Positions 7,376 through 18,430 of a DNA stretch of 50,999 bases are shown here, one piece after another. Every line of letters begins with the position of its first letter. Position 1 is the stretch's first letter. Both the position numbers and the translations under genes were made by a program. The notes under the pieces were generated by a model that worked only from the letters and a program-made list of their open reading frames with translations, searched no databases and was not told the origin of the DNA. Source of the stretch: Syntrophomonadaceae bacterium (GTDB lineage: Bacteria > Bacillota > Dethiobacteria > DTU022); contig PWGD01000097.1 of NCBI GenBank assembly GCA_003554395.1, forward strand, positions 1-50,999, read 5' to 3'.

Positions 7376-8365
7376 CTATCTTGAAGCAATTATTGCTGCC
7401 AGGTCGACCAGCCGGCAGGAATAAGCCCATTCATTGTCGTACCAGGCCAGGACCCGGACCATGTTGCCTCCGATCACCATGGTAGACTGGCCGTCGATAA
7501 CTGAAGAATAAGGGTTGCCCTTGTAATCTATCGAAACCAGCGGTTGATCGCTGTAATCAAAGTAATCCGAGCTGGCGGCTTCATTTTTAAAAGCTTCATT
7601 GATGGCGTCGGCGGTGGTTTCCCTTTCCAGTTCGGCTACAAAGTCAACCAGGGACACGGTGGGAGTGGGGACCCGGATCGCAAAGCCGTCGATTTTGCCC
7701 TTGAGCTCGGGGATCACTTCTCCCACGGTCTTGGCGGCGCCGGTGGTGGTCGGGATCAGCGACAGGGCCGCCGCCCGGGCCCGGCGCGGGTCGGTGTGCG
7801 GGAAGTCCAGCAGCTGCTGATCGTTGGTATAGGCGTGGGTGGTGTTCATCAGCCCTCTTTTTAAACCGAAGTTTTCATGGAGAACTTTTACCGGCAGAGC
7901 AAGGGCATTGGTGGTGCAGGAGGCATTAGAAATCAAAAAATGCTGCTCGGGATCATAAAGGTGATCGTTAACGCCGAGCACCACCACCAGGTCGGCTTCC
8001 CCCGGGGCGCTGATGACGACCCGTTCCGCCCCTGCGCTGAAATGGCCGGAGGCGGAATCCCTTTTGCGGAACAAGCCCGTAGCCTCAATCACCAGGTCGA
8101 CCCCGGCTTCTTTCCAGGGAATATTAGCCGGTTCTCTTTCTGAAAATACCTTCACCTGCTCGCCGTCGATCAGGAAACCCTGCTCGTCGGTCTGGACGTC
8201 GGCATCTAAAATACCGTAGACCGAGTCGTATTTAAGCAAATGGGCCAGAGAAGTATTGTCGGCAAGATCGTTAATGGCGGTTACTATGACTTTATCCTGC
8301 TCCAGGGCGGCACGCATCGTCAGCCTGCCAATACGGCCAAAACCGTTAATGCCAATCTTTAGCAT
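7376..8365 (-). CDS. gap: Type I glyceraldehyde-3-phosphate dehydrogenase
   Basis: GINGFGRIGR, ASCTTN catalytic motif, WYDNE. Confidence 0.97.
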   Translation of the reverse strand: MLKIGINGFGRIGRLTMRAALEQDKVIVTAINDLADNTSLAHLLKYDSVYGILDADVQTDEQGFLIDGEQVKVFSEREPANIPWKEAGVDLVIEATGLFRKRDSASGHFSAGAERVVISAPGEADLVVVLGVNDHLYDPEQHFLISNASCTTNALALPVKVLHENFGLKRGLMNTTHAYTNDQQLLDFPHTDPRRARAAALSLIPTTTGAAKTVGEVIPELKGKIDGFAIRVPTPTVSLVDFVAELERETTADAINEAFKNEAASSDYFDYSDQPLVSIDYKGNPYSSVIDGQSTMVIGGNMVRVLAWYDNEWAYSCRLVDLAAIIASR

Positions 8366-8593
8366 AAGGGAACCTCCTTGTCAGATTATTATCCTGCGGC
8401 CAGGATGATTGCAAAACCGGCACAAAGGACGGGAAAAGCAACGTCAATAAGCGCTACTTGCCGGTTAAAACACTGTTATACTATTTAGCCAACTATTTTT
8501 CTGCCTTTTATAGTATATCATCTCCAGGCTCACTGCAACCTAGAATGTGGCCCGGTTTTCACCCTTTCCTTACATTCTTACGGCTCTAAGTTC

Positions 8594-9646
8594 TCAAGGC
8601 TCCCCGATATAAAGGGGGTTGGAGTAGATCCAGGGCCGGGGCCGGCCCCAGCGGGGGCGGTAATAAACTTCGGCCCGGTAAACGCCCGGCCCATCGGGCC
8701 GGTGGACCAGGGCCCTGCCTGGGGTTTCTTCTATAACCCGGCCGTTTTTTAGCAGGCGCAGGAGGGAGCGGTCTAAGGGCGCCTGCAGGTGCAGGCTGAT
8801 CTTTCCCCGGTAGGGCATGGCCGAGCCCATCAAAAACCGCTCGCTGCCCTGTTCTGCATAATAGTAAAAATCACGGCCCGCGGCGAAGCTGTCGAAAGAA
8901 AGGTAGCAGCGCCCAATCTTTAAGGCTTCTAAAATTTGCCTCTTGGCAGTCTTGAAGTCGCCGCTTATTTTTTCAGCCAGGGTAATATAGGTGGTGATGG
9001 TGGAAAATATATAGCGGTAGGTAAAGACCGGCACTTTGATCAGACCGAGGTTGTAAAGTGAGGCGTGGGCGTCGCTGCTGCCGATGACGCTGACCCGGTG
9101 GCCGGCGCCGCTATAACAGTCCCACAGCTCCAGCAGTTCCCGGGGCGGGCTGTCCATAGCCCCTTTGCGGTTAAAAAAGAACCAGTAGAGGGTTTTAAAG
9201 AGGGAGGGGTGGCGGCCGCGCCAGTGCGAGGTATAATTCCATAATTCCAGCCCCGAAAAGCGGAATACCGGCCAGGTTTTCCAGGGATAGGCTTTGCCTT
9301 TTTCCAGGTAGGGGGAGCCCTTTTCGAAGGGGTGGGCGATAAAGCCGAAGCCGCCTGCTTCATTGACCCGGTCGATGACCTGCTGGGGGTTTTCTTCGTT
9401 GGAGGGGACCAGGCTTTTCAGGTCCAGGGCCAGGTAGTGGCTGTGGCGGCGGTTAATTTCCGCCCCCACCAGGACCACCACGCCGTGCCGGATCGCTTCT
9501 TCGGGCAGCCCGGCCAGGGTATCGTGGTCCGAGATGATGATAAAAGCGAGGCCGGCGGCAGAGGCTTCTGCGGCGATCCGCTCAATGGTGCCGGTGCCGT
9601 CGGAATGATGGCTGTGAATGTGGATGTTGCCGGGATAATTATACAT
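8594..9646 (-). CDS. PHP-domain (CehA/McbA-like) metallohydrolase
   Basis: GNIHIHSHHSDG, SDH, IAHP and GSSDAH motifs. Confidence 0.85.
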   Translation of the reverse strand: MYNYPGNIHIHSHHSDGTGTIERIAAEASAAGLAFIIISDHDTLAGLPEEAIRHGVVVLVGAEINRRHSHYLALDLKSLVPSNEENPQQVIDRVNEAGGFGFIAHPFEKGSPYLEKGKAYPWKTWPVFRFSGLELWNYTSHWRGRHPSLFKTLYWFFFNRKGAMDSPPRELLELWDCYSGAGHRVSVIGSSDAHASLYNLGLIKVPVFTYRYIFSTITTYITLAEKISGDFKTAKRQILEALKIGRCYLSFDSFAAGRDFYYYAEQGSERFLMGSAMPYRGKISLHLQAPLDRSLLRLLKNGRVIEETPGRALVHRPDGPGVYRAEVYYRPRWGRPRPWIYSNPLYIGEP

Positions 9647-9753
9647 AGCTCTGCCTGCGGGAGCCTAAAACCCCCGCTTATTCCAATCCGGTCCCGGCAG
9701 GGGGCTGCCGGGCCGGCCGGAAACCAGTAGTCCACCTTATGACCTGCTTCCGC

Positions 9754-10398
9754 TTACATCTTGGCCCGCACCACATCTTTAATCTTCATCAGGCGGGTCA
9801 GGGCGCCCCTTTCGCTTTCATCGAGCTTCATGGTAATATACTTAACCGTTTCTTCGAGCCTGGGAATCAAGACATGTTCCAGGGCATTGACCCGGCGGCG
9901 GGTTTTTTCAATTTCTTCCGCCATCAGCTGGACCGACTTTTCCACCTCGGCCAGTTCCATCAGCTGGGGCAATATTTTGGAAAGGGTTTCGATGGAAGTA
10001 TCCAGTTCGGCGGAGGTGTCGACAAAGCCGTAGGGGTAAATACTGCTCTCTTCCGCCCCCCCGGATTGCTCTTCCACCCAGTCGAAGCGGGGCGTATAGA
10101 CGCTCATGATGTTCTGGCGGTGGATATCCAGCCGCAGGACCTTGGTGGGATACATCAGGGCTTCTTCAAGGTTTTCAACCGGCATGACCGCCCGGGCCAG
10201 CAGGAACTTGGCAAAAGCGTCGGTCAGCTCTTTCTCGATATGTTCGCGCAGATCTTTGTTCTTCCGGACCAGGATCATAAACTGGCGGATCAGTTCGTCT
10301 CTTTTGTCTTTTAGCAGTTTGTGGCCCCGCTGGGCCATGGTCAGCCTTTTTTTAAGGCGGTTAAGCTCCATGCGGGTGGGATTGACTCTTATTTCCAT
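9754..10398 (-). CDS. ntpD: A/V-type ATP synthase subunit D
   Basis: NPTRMEL, GHKLLKDKRDEL, KTRRRVNALE; start moved to MEIRV. Confidence 0.95.
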   Translation of the reverse strand: MEIRVNPTRMELNRLKKRLTMAQRGHKLLKDKRDELIRQFMILVRKNKDLREHIEKELTDAFAKFLLARAVMPVENLEEALMYPTKVLRLDIHRQNIMSVYTPRFDWVEEQSGGAEESSIYPYGFVDTSAELDTSIETLSKILPQLMELAEVEKSVQLMAEEIEKTRRRVNALEHVLIPRLEETVKYITMKLDESERGALTRLMKIKDVVRAKM

Positions 10399-10405
10399 CC
10401 GATAT

Positions 10406-11800
10406 CTAATCCTCCTCCCGGCCGGACTCCTGCTCGGGCAGATACTTTTCCAGGAATTCATCGCGCACCCGCTTCAGTTCGATTCGCGGCAGGTGGGCTA
10501 AAAGCTCCCAGCCCAGGTCGAGGGTTTCGATCACGGTGCGATCCTCTTCTTCGCCCTGGGTCACGTAGCGGTCTTCGAATTGATCGGCAAACCTGGAGAA
10601 CTTCTTATCCGCCTCGGAAAGGGCCGCTTCCCCTAAGATGGCAGCCAGCTCCTTGGCTTCTTTGCCCCGGGCGTAAGCGGCGTAAAGCTGGTTCATGTTG
10701 TCGGCATGATCCTCCCGGGTCTGTTCTTCCCCGATCCCTTTGTCTTTCAGCCTGGAAAGAGAGGGCAGGACGTCGATAGGGGGATAGATCCCCTTGCGGG
10801 GCAGTTCCTGGCTTAAAATAATCTGGCCTTCGGTGATATAGCCAGTTAAATCGGGGATGGGGTGGGTCTTGTCGTTTTCGGGCATGGTCAGGATCGGTAG
10901 CTGGGTGATCGATCCGGCCCGGCCCTGGATCCGGCCCGCCCGTTCATAGAGGCTGGCCAGGTCCGTGTAGAGGTAACCGGGATAGCCGCGGCGCCCGGGC
11001 ACCTCTTTGCGGGCGGCCGAAATTTCGCGCAGGGCTTCGGCGTAGTTGGTCATGTCGGTCAGGATCACCAGGACGTGCATGTCCTTTTCGTAGGCCAAAT
11101 ACTCGGCCGCGGTCAGGGCGATGCGGGGGGTGGAAATCCTTTCGATGGCCGGATCGTCGGCCAGGTTGATGAAGAGGATCGAGTGTTCGATGGCGCCGGT
11201 TTTCCGGAAGTCGGTGATAAAGAAATTGGCCTCTTCAAAGGTGATCCCCATGGCGGCAAAAACCACCGCAAACTTGGTTTCCGTGCCCAGCACCTTGGCC
11301 TGGCGGGCAATCTGGGCCGCCAGGTTGGAGTGGGGCAGTCCGGAACTGGAAAAGATAGGCAACTTCTGGCCCCGCACCATGGTGTTCATGCCGTCGATGG
11401 CGGAAACACCGGTCTGGATAAACTCTGAAGGGTAATCGCGGGCGTAGGGGTTGATGGGGAACCCGTTAATGTCGAGCCGCTTATCCGGGATAATTTTGGG
11501 CCCCTGGTCCCGGGGGGTGCCCAGGCCGCTGAAAACCCGGCCCAGCAGATCCATGGAAACCGGGAGCTCGATGGCCTTGCCCTGGAAACGAACTTTCGCC
11601 GACCCGATATTCAGGCCGGTGGAGCCTTCAAAAATCTGGACCAGGGCCCTGTCGCGGTCCACCTCCAGGACCTGGCCGCGCCGGATATCGCCTCCGGGCA
11701 GTTCAATTTCGACCAGCTCATTGTATTTTATGCCTTCCACCTGTTCAACCAGCATCAGCGGTCCGGCTACATCGGCAATAGTTTTATATTCTTTAAGCAT
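10406..11800 (-). CDS. ntpB: A/V-type ATP synthase subunit B
   Basis: [38 protein letters not shown]; start MLKEY. Confidence 0.97.
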   Translation of the reverse strand: MLKEYKTIADVAGPLMLVEQVEGIKYNELVEIELPGGDIRRGQVLEVDRDRALVQIFEGSTGLNIGSAKVRFQGKAIELPVSMDLLGRVFSGLGTPRDQGPKIIPDKRLDINGFPINPYARDYPSEFIQTGVSAIDGMNTMVRGQKLPIFSSSGLPHSNLAAQIARQAKVLGTETKFAVVFAAMGITFEEANFFITDFRKTGAIEHSILFINLADDPAIERISTPRIALTAAEYLAYEKDMHVLVILTDMTNYAEALREISAARKEVPGRRGYPGYLYTDLASLYERAGRIQGRAGSITQLPILTMPENDKTHPIPDLTGYITEGQIILSQELPRKGIYPPIDVLPSLSRLKDKGIGEEQTREDHADNMNQLYAAYARGKEAKELAAILGEAALSEADKKFSRFADQFEDRYVTQGEEEDRTVIETLDLGWELLAHLPRIELKRVRDEFLEKYLPEQESGREED

Positions 11801-13577
11801 CTTCTTCCCCTCCTTCGCCGGCAAACGGGACGAGCTGTTCTTTTATTTCCTTCTTTATTTGGTCCATATCTTCAATATTTTCTTCCGGGATGTAACGGGC
11901 TCGGGCGATCCTTTCCCGCGCCTTAACCGTAAACAGTTTTTCCAGGTCCAGATCGATTTCCGCTTTCTCAATGACCGCTCCGGCTTCATGATGGTAGGTC
12001 AGGATCAGGTCCATCATTTTAAACTGCTTCTCCAGGGAGCTGTAGGTATCGACTTCATGCATGGCGTTCTGATGCAGGAAATCCTCCCGCAGCGATTTGG
12101 AGGTCTCCAGGACCAGCCTTTCCTTGGCGGACAGGGCGTCTACGCCGACCAGGCGCACAATCTCTTCCAGTTCAGCTTCTTCCTGGAGCAGGCGCATCGC
12201 TTCTTTGCGCATGTCGTTCCACTGTTCGCCGATGGTTTCCCGGAAGTAGGGGGCCACATTGTCTAAGTAAAGGGAATAACTGAGCAGCCAGTTAATGGCC
12301 GGGAAGTGGCGCCGGTAGGCCAGAGAAGCATCGAGCCCCCAGAACACCTTTACAATCCGCAGGGTACCCTGGGATACCGGTTCCGAAAGGTCGCCGCCCG
12401 GAGGGGAGACCGCACCGACCAGGGTCAGGGCGCCTTCTCGTTCATCACTGCCCAGGCATATGGTCCGCCCGGAACGCTCATAAAAATCGGCCAGGCGGGA
12501 GCCCAGGTAGGCGGGGTAGCCTTCTTCGCCGGGCATTTCTTCCAGGCGGCCCGACATTTCGCGGAGCGCCTCGGCCCAGCGGGAAGTGGAGTCAGCCATC
12601 AGGGCCACGCTGTAACCCATGTCCCGGAAATACTCGGCAATGGTGATGCCGGTGTAAATTGAAGCCTCCCGGGCCGCAACGGGCATATTGGAGGTGTTGG
12701 CAATCAGGACCGTCCGCTTCATCAGGGGCTCGCCGGACTTGGGGTCCTGCAGCTCCGGGAACTCCAGGAGCACGTCGGTCATCTCGTTGCCCCGTTCTCC
12801 ACACCCGATGTAGACGACGATTTCCGCGTCGGCCCACTTGGCGAGCTGGTGCTGGGTGACCGTTTTTCCGCTGCCGAAGGGGCCGGGAATGCAGGCCGTC
12901 CCGCCCTTGGCCACGGGGAAAAAAGTATCCAGGATCCGCTGGCCGGTAATCATGGGAATGTGGGGGCCCATTTTATCTTTGTAGGGGCGTCCTTTACGGA
13001 TCGGCCACCGCTGCATCATGGTCACCTCGACGTCCCCGTTGTCAGTTTCGATCACGGCCACTCCATCGGTTACGGTGAATTCACCGGCCTTGATTTCTTT
13101 AACCTTGCCCTCGCCGCTGGTGGGCGGGACCATGATCCGGTGTTCCACGATGGTGGTTTCCCGGACCGTGCCGAGGATATCGCCGGCCTGGACCTGGTCG
13201 CCTTCCTTGACTTTGGGCTCAAATTTCCATTTGCGTTCGCGATCCAGGGCGTGAATTTCCACTCCGCGGGTAATGTAGTCGCCCACTTTTGCTTTGATGC
13301 CATCCAAAGGGCGCTGGATCCCGTCAAAAAACGATTCGATCATGCCGGGCCCCAGCTCCACGCTGAGTGGTTCGCCGGTGGTATAGACCGGTTCGCCGGG
13401 CCCAATGCCCCCGGTTTCCTCATAAACCTGTATGGAGGCCTGGTCGCCGCGCAGTTCGATAATCTCGCCCATCAGGCGGGCTTCACTGACTCTGACCATA
13501 TCATACATCCGGGCGTCTACCATGTTGTCTGCCACAACAAGGGGGCCGGATACCTTTACAATCTTTCCAACGTCCAA
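11793..13577 (-). CDS. ntpA: A/V-type ATP synthase subunit A (catalytic)
   Basis: Walker [30 protein letters not shown]; probable TTG start at 13577. Confidence 0.97.
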   Translation of the reverse strand: MDVGKIVKVSGPLVVADNMVDARMYDMVRVSEARLMGEIIELRGDQASIQVYEETGGIGPGEPVYTTGEPLSVELGPGMIESFFDGIQRPLDGIKAKVGDYITRGVEIHALDRERKWKFEPKVKEGDQVQAGDILGTVRETTIVEHRIMVPPTSGEGKVKEIKAGEFTVTDGVAVIETDNGDVEVTMMQRWPIRKGRPYKDKMGPHIPMITGQRILDTFFPVAKGGTACIPGPFGSGKTVTQHQLAKWADAEIVVYIGCGERGNEMTDVLLEFPELQDPKSGEPLMKRTVLIANTSNMPVAAREASIYTGITIAEYFRDMGYSVALMADSTSRWAEALREMSGRLEEMPGEEGYPAYLGSRLADFYERSGRTICLGSDEREGALTLVGAVSPPGGDLSEPVSQGTLRIVKVFWGLDASLAYRRHFPAINWLLSYSLYLDNVAPYFRETIGEQWNDMRKEAMRLLQEEAELEEIVRLVGVDALSAKERLVLETSKSLREDFLHQNAMHEVDTYSSLEKQFKMMDLILTYHHEAGAVIEKAEIDLDLEKLFTVKARERIARARYIPEENIEDMDQIKKEIKEQLVPFAGEGGEEDA

Positions 13578-13581
13578 GTTA

Positions 13582-13911
13582 TCAACCTTCTTTCCTGAAC
13601 AGAATATCGGCGCCGATCGCTTTTTCCACATTGCTCCTGATCTGCTCAATGCCAATCCCCTGGGTGCCCCTGCTATTTGGGATTAAAACGACCGCCGGTA
13701 AATAACGTTTGTGCATTTCATTAATAACATCTTCCATGCCCTGGGCCAATGCTTCGGTGATAAAAATTACCCCGTATTGATCTGAAACCAGCTTTTTCAT
13801 GGTATCCAGCGCCGCCTGGGTGCTGGTTACCGGAAAAGTATCCACGCCGATGGTTTTAAACCCGAGGATGGAGTCTTTATCGCCGATGACGGCAATTTTA
13901 TACGTAGACAT
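13582..13911 (-). CDS. A/V-type ATP synthase subunit F
   Basis: [14 protein letters not shown]...[10 protein letters not shown]; start MSTYK. Confidence 0.93.
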   Translation of the reverse strand: MSTYKIAVIGDKDSILGFKTIGVDTFPVTSTQAALDTMKKLVSDQYGVIFITEALAQGMEDVINEMHKRYLPAVVLIPNSRGTQGIGIEQIRSNVEKAIGADILFRKEG

Positions 13912-14902
13912 CACGAATTCGCTCCCTGATTGATTCGGCAGGCAGCTGATTGATCTTGCCCACCAAAACAATGCGGATATTTTTTATCTCAATTTCCTTG
14001 GCCCACAGATAGCCAACCAGGGGCTCCACTCCGAAGGGCACCCACTTGCCTTCCCTGAGGTAGGCGGTGATATAATTATCTGATAATTTTTCTAACAGCG
14101 AGGCGGACCCTTTTTCCGACCATTCCCGCACTCCTTCACCGACCAGATCGGCATAATCGCTGATGTCCAGCATGGAGATCAGTGATTCTAAGGGTTCTTC
14201 AATCATGGCCGCCAGCTTTTCCACAGCCAGGGTTCCTTTAGGGAGCAGGACTCTTGATAAAAAGTCCCGGCTCAGGCCCATCTGCTTAACCCGGATCAGG
14301 GTTTTCAGGTTGGTCAGATCAATCTGCCTGACGAACAAACCCTCCAGAAAGGGGGCCTGGCGTTCCCTGGCCTCCTCAATGAGCTGATCGTAGAGAACCC
14401 GGTCTAAAATTAAATCAACGATCTGGGGATCGCGGTTGACCATAAAATCTTCGATGATCTGATTGGCGGCCCGGCGCAGCTTTTCCGGCAGGAGCAGGAA
14501 GTCGTCTTCAGTGACGGCATTTTCCAGTTTGGCCAGCTCCACCGATCCGACCGGGATCAAGAGATCGCTGGTAATCCCCAGGAACCTGGCTTTAAACAAT
14601 ACTTTCAGGTTATGAATATCATAACGCAGGGCCAGCATGCCGATCAGCTCCGGAAGGGGGCTGATTTTCATGACTAAATTAAAAACATACCTTAACTCGT
14701 CGGCCAGTACTGTTTCGAAATTATGGATATCATCCAGTTCGGCCAAAGCGGCGGCATAGCCGGATTCTGAAAGGACTTTCAAGGCTTCTTCGCCCGTGGA
14801 GGCATTAATCATCCGCTCAAACTGGCCCTGCTCAAGCAGGTGCGTTTCCAGGGCTTTGACCCGCGCCACCGCATAGCCATAAATTGTATCATCAATGAGC
14901 AT
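13898..14902 (-). CDS. ntpC: A/V-type ATP synthase subunit C
   Basis: YAVARVKALE, YDIHNLK, EIKNIRIVL; operon position. Confidence 0.92.
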   Translation of the reverse strand: MLIDDTIYGYAVARVKALETHLLEQGQFERMINASTGEEALKVLSESGYAAALAELDDIHNFETVLADELRYVFNLVMKISPLPELIGMLALRYDIHNLKVLFKARFLGITSDLLIPVGSVELAKLENAVTEDDFLLLPEKLRRAANQIIEDFMVNRDPQIVDLILDRVLYDQLIEEARERQAPFLEGLFVRQIDLTNLKTLIRVKQMGLSRDFLSRVLLPKGTLAVEKLAAMIEEPLESLISMLDISDYADLVGEGVREWSEKGSASLLEKLSDNYITAYLREGKWVPFGVEPLVGYLWAKEIEIKNIRIVLVGKINQLPAESIRERIRDVYV

Positions 14903-14940
14903 TTATTCCGGCTCTCCTTTCCTGGAGGAAAGCTTCCCGA

Positions 14941-15552
14941 TCATTTAAAAAGCAGCTCCGCTACTTCATATTCCAGTTCATCCCTTTTTATTTCCAGTAA
15001 GGTTTCAAATGAACAGTTAATCTCCACTCCGCCGCTGTGGAGGATAAAACCGCCCTTGATAATCCTGGTTTCCCGGGACAGCTCCAGTTCACCTTTTTTT
15101 CCGCTGTCGGCCAGGCTTTTGTTGATCTCCTTCCAAAAGTGATCCGTAATCTTTTCCTGATCGCGGCTGTTAAAAATGACCGTTTCGGTGCCGGTTTCGG
15201 CCGTTTCCAGGATCAGATCATGAATGACGGAAAGGTAGGTTTCGTCGTCCAGGCCGATCAACTCATCCAGGGCTTTTTGAAAAGCTTCGCCAATCATCTC
15301 CTGTTTGGCGGTCAAAAGATCTTTGCGCGCTTCCATCTGGGCCATACCGATGATGCGGCCCTTTTGCTCGGCAGCCGTTTTGCGGGACTGCTCCAGGATG
15401 TGTTCTTTTCTTCGTTCAGCCCTGTCTTTGGCTTCAGATATAACCGCTTCCGCTTTTTCAGAGGCCTCGGCATTAATTGACTCGGCCCTGGCCTGCGCGT
15501 CATCCAGGACACGCTGGACGATCCTGTCCGCTCCTTCTTTCAAACCTCTCAC
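14941..15552 (-). CDS. ntpE: A/V-type ATP synthase subunit E
   Basis: N-terminal coiled coil; C-terminal IKGGFIL...EINCSFE motif. Confidence 0.9.
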   Translation of the reverse strand: MRGLKEGADRIVQRVLDDAQARAESINAEASEKAEAVISEAKDRAERRKEHILEQSRKTAAEQKGRIIGMAQMEARKDLLTAKQEMIGEAFQKALDELIGLDDETYLSVIHDLILETAETGTETVIFNSRDQEKITDHFWKEINKSLADSGKKGELELSRETRIIKGGFILHSGGVEINCSFETLLEIKRDELEYEVAELLFK

Positions 15553-15570
15553 TCCTTTACGCGGCCGGCT

Positions 15571-16041
15571 TTATACATCTATACCGAACAGCATTAAGAT
15601 TGTGGCCAGCAGGGCAAATACGGCGTAAGTTTCGACCATAACTGCATAGACGATGCCTTTGCCCAGTTCTTCCGGCCTCTTGGCGATCAAATTTATCGAC
15701 GAGGCCAGGACGCGGCCCTGGTAGATACCGGAGCTAAAACCGGCAATGGCAATCGGCAGCGCCGCCATCAGGTAGGCATAACCTTGATAGGCGGTCAGCT
15801 CGATTAGCTCTTCGCCAACGATGCCGATATCCTGCATAATTAAAAATCCGGCCAGGAGCCCGTAAATACCCTGGGTGCCGGGGAGGGCCTGCAGTAAAAG
15901 GGTTTGCCCAAATTTGTCGGGGTCCTCTGAAATCAATCCGCAGGCGCTCTGACCCACAATACCGATCCCGATTGCGGAACCGCTCCCGGCCAAACCCACC
16001 GCCAGGGCCACCCCCAGCATTGCTATTGCAATTCCTTCCAT
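15571..16041 (-). CDS. ntpK: A/V-type ATP synthase subunit K (4-TM proteolipid, Na+-type signature)
   Basis: LLQALPGTQGIYG, GIYQG and MVETYA match the Na+-binding residues of Enterococcus hirae NtpK. Confidence 0.93.
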   Translation of the reverse strand: MEGIAIAMLGVALAVGLAGSGSAIGIGIVGQSACGLISEDPDKFGQTLLLQALPGTQGIYGLLAGFLIMQDIGIVGEELIELTAYQGYAYLMAALPIAIAGFSSGIYQGRVLASSINLIAKRPEELGKGIVYAVMVETYAVFALLATILMLFGIDV

Positions 16042-16167
16042 TTCGTTAAAAAGCCTCCTTTTTGTTCAAACTACGTTCAAGCAACTTGGCGCTATCAATA
16101 GCTCATTTATGATTGATCAGGAATCAGGAATGGCAGCCGGCATCAGAAACCACCCTTCATCCCGGCT

Positions 16168-18117
16168 TTAACTTTTTTCATGTTCCACAATATCGACATA
16201 ATTATTTTTAACCCGGAAAGGTTGGAACGACCTTCCCCCGCCTTCGAAGAACTTGTTGAAAAACTCTAAGTACTGCAGGCGGCTGGTGTGCACATAGGAA
16301 CTCAGGGTGCTGATAATCATATTGAAGAAATGGCCAATGGTGAGGATGATGACCATGATCACATAACCGATGATCGATCCGGCCGCCAGATCTCCGACCG
16401 AATTGACGACCATGCCGATCACTACCGAGGCCAGCCCTAAGGCGAACAAGCGGGAATAGGAAAGCACGTCGCTTAAATACTGGGTGACGTTGTAAAGGCT
16501 GAGCAGGCCGCTGAAAAATTTCAGGATAATGCTGCTCTGAGAACGGCCCTGGGTTAAGACCAGGCCGGCGGCCCCTCCCACCGTCATCCACAGGCCGAAA
16601 GGAGAAATCCCGGCTATCAGCAGGATCAGGCCGTTTAAAAATATGAACCAGAAGCCCTGATCATATAAGGCATCCCAGGGCTTGCCGCCCTTAATGTTGC
16701 GGTAGGCCTGCAGGCTCATGCCAAAATAGACCTGGAACAGGCCGATGGCCAGGGCGGCAATTAACATGGTCATCGGTTCTTTCAAGGGATCAAATAACAG
16801 GGGCGGCAGGTCGATCAGGTCGCCAAAATAACCGCCCAGCAGGATTCCAAAGGCAAAGGCGGAAATTCCGCCCAGCATTAAAAGTTTTAAGAGCTGCTTC
16901 CCGGAATCACCCAGGGTAAGTTTGCGATACAGGTAAAAGGCAAGCAGGCCCAGCAGGATCCCGTAGCCGGCATCGGAGAGGCAGATCCCGAAGAAGAGGA
17001 AAAAAAACGGGGCCATAAAGGGGGTGGGATCTAGCTCCTGTCTTTTAGGGGTGCTGTAGAGCTTGGTCACCACTTCGTACGGTTCTGCGGGGCCGGTGTT
17101 ATGCAACAGGACCGGCACGTCTTCCCCGGGCTCGGGGTCGCGGGAAGCCAGGACTGCCGTTTCGGTCTGATCGGAAATCAAAACCTCCAGGTCGCCCAGC
17201 ACCGGGACGGGCACCCAGCCTTCCAGCAGGAAGCTGTTATCGGTGCAGGCCAAATTGGAGACGGCCTGCTGCTTATCATATTCATTGTCCATGTAGTCGT
17301 AGCAGGCCATCAGCATGGGCCGGTGCACGAGCAGTTCTTCCACATCGCTTAGGGCGGCGCTTCTTTCCTCTTTCAGCTTTTTTAGCTTGTCATTTAGAGC
17401 ATTAATGATCTCAGACGGGGTCCCGGTGACATCGGGGAAGCTGACCCTGGTCACCGCCCTGGCCCTGAACAGTTCATCTATGGCCTCTTTTTCTTCCGCC
17501 AGGGCGGAGAAGAAGAAATAGGCCTCTTCATCATCGGAATAAACTTCATCCAGGCAATATTCGCTTATCTTCTCCGTAAGGGCTTCCTGCAGGGGGCCGT
17601 ACTGGTCGGCCGGCACTATATACAGGTCCATCATGGCCCACTGGCCTGTTTCAATCTCTTCCAGGGGCAGGTCGAGAGAGGCCCAGGGGCGGAGATCTTC
17701 GATTAAATTTTGGGACTGGGTTTCTTCGTTGCGAATACGGACCAGCTTTTCTTCCGCCTGGCGGCAGGCCCGGTGAATAGCTTCGACCTGATCGAGGTTC
17801 TCGGTATGGCTTTTAAACTGGTCCGGGGTCAAATCAAGCCTGCTGCCCGTAAATTGTTCGATCATACTTTTGCGGATCGGGAAGTGGCGCTGGAAAAAAT
17901 CGAGGCAAAAGCGGATATCGCTGCGCCGGGCATCGAGATCGGAAATATCTTCAGGAGGTTGGGCCGGTTCAAGGAGGGTTTGGAATTCCTGCCATCCCTG
18001 GCCTGATTTAACGTCAAGTATTTCCACGGTGCCCATGTCGTGCAGGAGATTGAAAATTTTTCCCCTTTCCTGGCGATGCCCCAGGATGTAGACTTTTTTC
18101 ATCTCAATGATCGGCAT
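16168..18117 (-). CDS. ntpI: A/V-type ATP synthase subunit I
   Basis: ELDPTP, SDAGYG, SDVLSYSRLFALGL (essential Arg), HTSRLQYLEFF. Confidence 0.95.
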   Translation of the reverse strand: MPIIEMKKVYILGHRQERGKIFNLLHDMGTVEILDVKSGQGWQEFQTLLEPAQPPEDISDLDARRSDIRFCLDFFQRHFPIRKSMIEQFTGSRLDLTPDQFKSHTENLDQVEAIHRACRQAEEKLVRIRNEETQSQNLIEDLRPWASLDLPLEEIETGQWAMMDLYIVPADQYGPLQEALTEKISEYCLDEVYSDDEEAYFFFSALAEEKEAIDELFRARAVTRVSFPDVTGTPSEIINALNDKLKKLKEERSAALSDVEELLVHRPMLMACYDYMDNEYDKQQAVSNLACTDNSFLLEGWVPVPVLGDLEVLISDQTETAVLASRDPEPGEDVPVLLHNTGPAEPYEVVTKLYSTPKRQELDPTPFMAPFFFLFFGICLSDAGYGILLGLLAFYLYRKLTLGDSGKQLLKLLMLGGISAFAFGILLGGYFGDLIDLPPLLFDPLKEPMTMLIAALAIGLFQVYFGMSLQAYRNIKGGKPWDALYDQGFWFIFLNGLILLIAGISPFGLWMTVGGAAGLVLTQGRSQSSIILKFFSGLLSLYNVTQYLSDVLSYSRLFALGLASVVIGMVVNSVGDLAAGSIIGYVIMVIILTIGHFFNMIISTLSSYVHTSRLQYLEFFNKFFEGGGRSFQPFRVKNNYVDIVEHEKS

Positions 18118-18430
18118 CAGTTTTCACAACCTTGTCTTTGATCAAGGCTACGGCCTCCGGTATGCGCTCCGCAGCTTTTGCTTTTAACTGCTTGATTTCT
18201 TCTTCCATTTCTTGGACCAGCGGTTTTGATTCGGACCTGGCTTCTTCTTCAGCCTGTTTGATTAAGGCCCTGGCCTCCTCTTCCGCTTCGGCGACTGTTT
18301 TTTCCATGATCTCTTCCGCCTGGGCCTGGGCCTCTTTCTTCTTTCTGCGGGCTTCCTGTTGGGCCTCACGGACGATCGATTCAGCCTTACTTTCGGCTTC
18401 TTTAATCGATTTTACCAGTTCCACAGTCAA
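18104..18430 (-). CDS. A/V-type ATP synthase peripheral-stalk subunit H/G
   Basis: Charged coiled coil (IKEAESKAESIV...), first gene of the operon. Confidence 0.85.
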   Translation of the reverse strand: MTVELVKSIKEAESKAESIVREAQQEARRKKKEAQAQAEEIMEKTVAEAEEEARALIKQAEEEARSESKPLVQEMEEEIKQLKAKAAERIPEAVALIKDKVVKTDADH

